From Gammaproteobacteria bacterium (GTDB taxonomy: Bacteria; Pseudomonadota; Gammaproteobacteria; CAKMZV01): DNA of 64,000 nucleotides. The notes beneath the pieces are model-generated. The model made no database searches. It was given only the letters and a program-made list of their open reading frames with translations, and was not told where the DNA came from. Shown here in pieces: positions 63,228-64,000 of the stretch (its first letter is position 1; the number at the start of each line of letters is the position of its first letter). The DNA is taken from positions 1,935,123 through 1,999,122 of the forward strand of contig OZ255827.1 of NCBI GenBank assembly GCA_965277625.1. Direction: 5' to 3'. Made by a program: the position numbers and the translations under genes.

Positions 63228-64000
63228 TTAAATTTGCTCTACAGCACGAATTTTGCTGGGCGGCCAATTGTCTATCTTAGTGCCCAACTCTAATCCTTGT
63301 TCCTGAAGCAATTTTTCAATTTCAGTTAATGATTTTTTCCCAAAGTTAGAAATTCTCAACAAATCCGCACGGGTTTTTTGAACCAAATCGCCGATGTAAG
63401 AAATTTTAGCATTTTTCAAACAGTTGGCAGAACGAACTGTCAACTCTAAGTCATCAACGGGACGCAGATAAACGGGATCGACTTCTTCCTCAATCAATTC
63501 TTTCTGCGGCTTCTCGAATGCTTTGACATCCACAAATGCCGACAATTGACGGTGCAATATGTCTGCTGCTGTGCAAATGGCAACTTTGGGGGTAATGGAG
63601 CCATTTGTTTCAATATAGATAATCAATTTATCCAAATCCGTTTTTTGATCAACACGGACATTTTCGACGCTATAGTTTATCCGTTTGATTGGGCTGTAAA
63701 TGGCATCAATTTGTAAAAAGCCCACTTCAACCGTCTCACCCAAACTTTGTTTGCGTACAGCAACGGTTTCATAGCCAATGCCTTTGGTCACTTTCAATGT
63801 CGCTTTGAATGTCACTTTTTTGTTGACATGTGCAATGACTAAATCAGGATTCGCTATGTCTGCATTATGTGGTAACTGTATATCAGCTGCTGTAATGGTG
63901 CAGGGACCCTTTTTTTCAATCTCAAGCGTTGTTTCTTGCGTGTCTTCGCCATGCAGTATCACCGCGATGTTTTTAAGATTAAGTAAAATATCGATGACAT
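63228..64000 (-). CDS. rpoA: DNA-directed RNA polymerase subunit alpha (C-terminal ~245 aa; N-terminus beyond window edge)
   Basis: '...[35 protein letters not shown]...[24 protein letters not shown]...[12 protein letters not shown]' matches the RpoA NTD end and the alpha-CTD. Confidence 0.9.
   Translation of the reverse strand, partial: VIDILLNLKNIAVILHGEDTQETTLEIEKKGPCTITAADIQLPHNADIANPDLVIAHVNKKVTFKATLKVTKGIGYETVAVRKQSLGETVEVGFLQIDAIYSPIKRINYSVENVRVDQKTDLDKLIIYIETNGSITPKVAICTAADILHRQLSAFVDVKAFEKPQKELIEEEVDPVYLRPVDDLELTVRSANCLKNAKISYIGDLVQKTRADLLRISNFGKKSLTEIEKLLQEQGLELGTKIDNWPPSKIRAVEQI

Noticed and set aside
1-64000. CRISPR arrays, rRNA genes, IS elements or integrases
   Set aside because: No regularly spaced direct repeats, no rRNA-like conserved stretches, and no transposase or integrase-like ORFs were seen. 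The only tRNAs are Leu(GAG) and Trp.

Overview
This window looks like a chromosomal core segment of an AT-moderate Gram-negative bacterium, by gene content a gammaproteobacterium (roughly 40-45% GC by eye). Almost all of it is tightly packed housekeeping genes. From the start: a putative LctP-type permease; secG followed by tRNA-Leu(GAG); a periplasmic peptidoglycan-remodelling cluster (ampD, a YkuD-type L,D-transpeptidase, a paralogous periplasmic protein, and an M14 carboxypeptidase); the glycolytic operon pgk-pyk-fba; thiE and dinB; lpxL; dapB; and dnaJ-dnaK-grpE with a good sigma-32 promoter. Then a GT2/GtrA glycosyltransferase, an RDD protein, serB, ispB, ribF and murJ. After murJ comes a roughly 1.7 kb AT-rich insertion carrying a small acidic ORF plus an SDH/S49-type ClpP-fold serine protease. 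This is the only element here with a horizontally acquired, defence-island or toxin-like character, and I think it is the most interesting locus. Continuing: a fructosamine-kinase-family gene, mrcA (PBP1A), ycgL, cca, sirB2, a lipoprotein, glyA, ribD, a decayed FG-GAP-repeat surface-protein pseudogene, an outer-membrane beta-barrel/porin candidate, rsmD, a pair of M16 peptidases, ftsY-ftsE-ftsX, an Rmf-like/DUF2914 fusion membrane protein, tilS, accA, pepA and an orphan efflux-adaptor-like gene. The window ends with rpoC-rpoB-rplL-rplJ-rplA-rplK-nusG-secE, tRNA-Trp, and then, unusually, rplQ and rpoA (the alpha operon end) placed directly next to it. The rplQ product carries a long acidic C-terminal tail. 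I saw no CRISPR array, rRNA or obvious transposase. Coordinates include stop codons. Several starts were moved inward from the ORF track where the conserved N-terminus made the real start clear.
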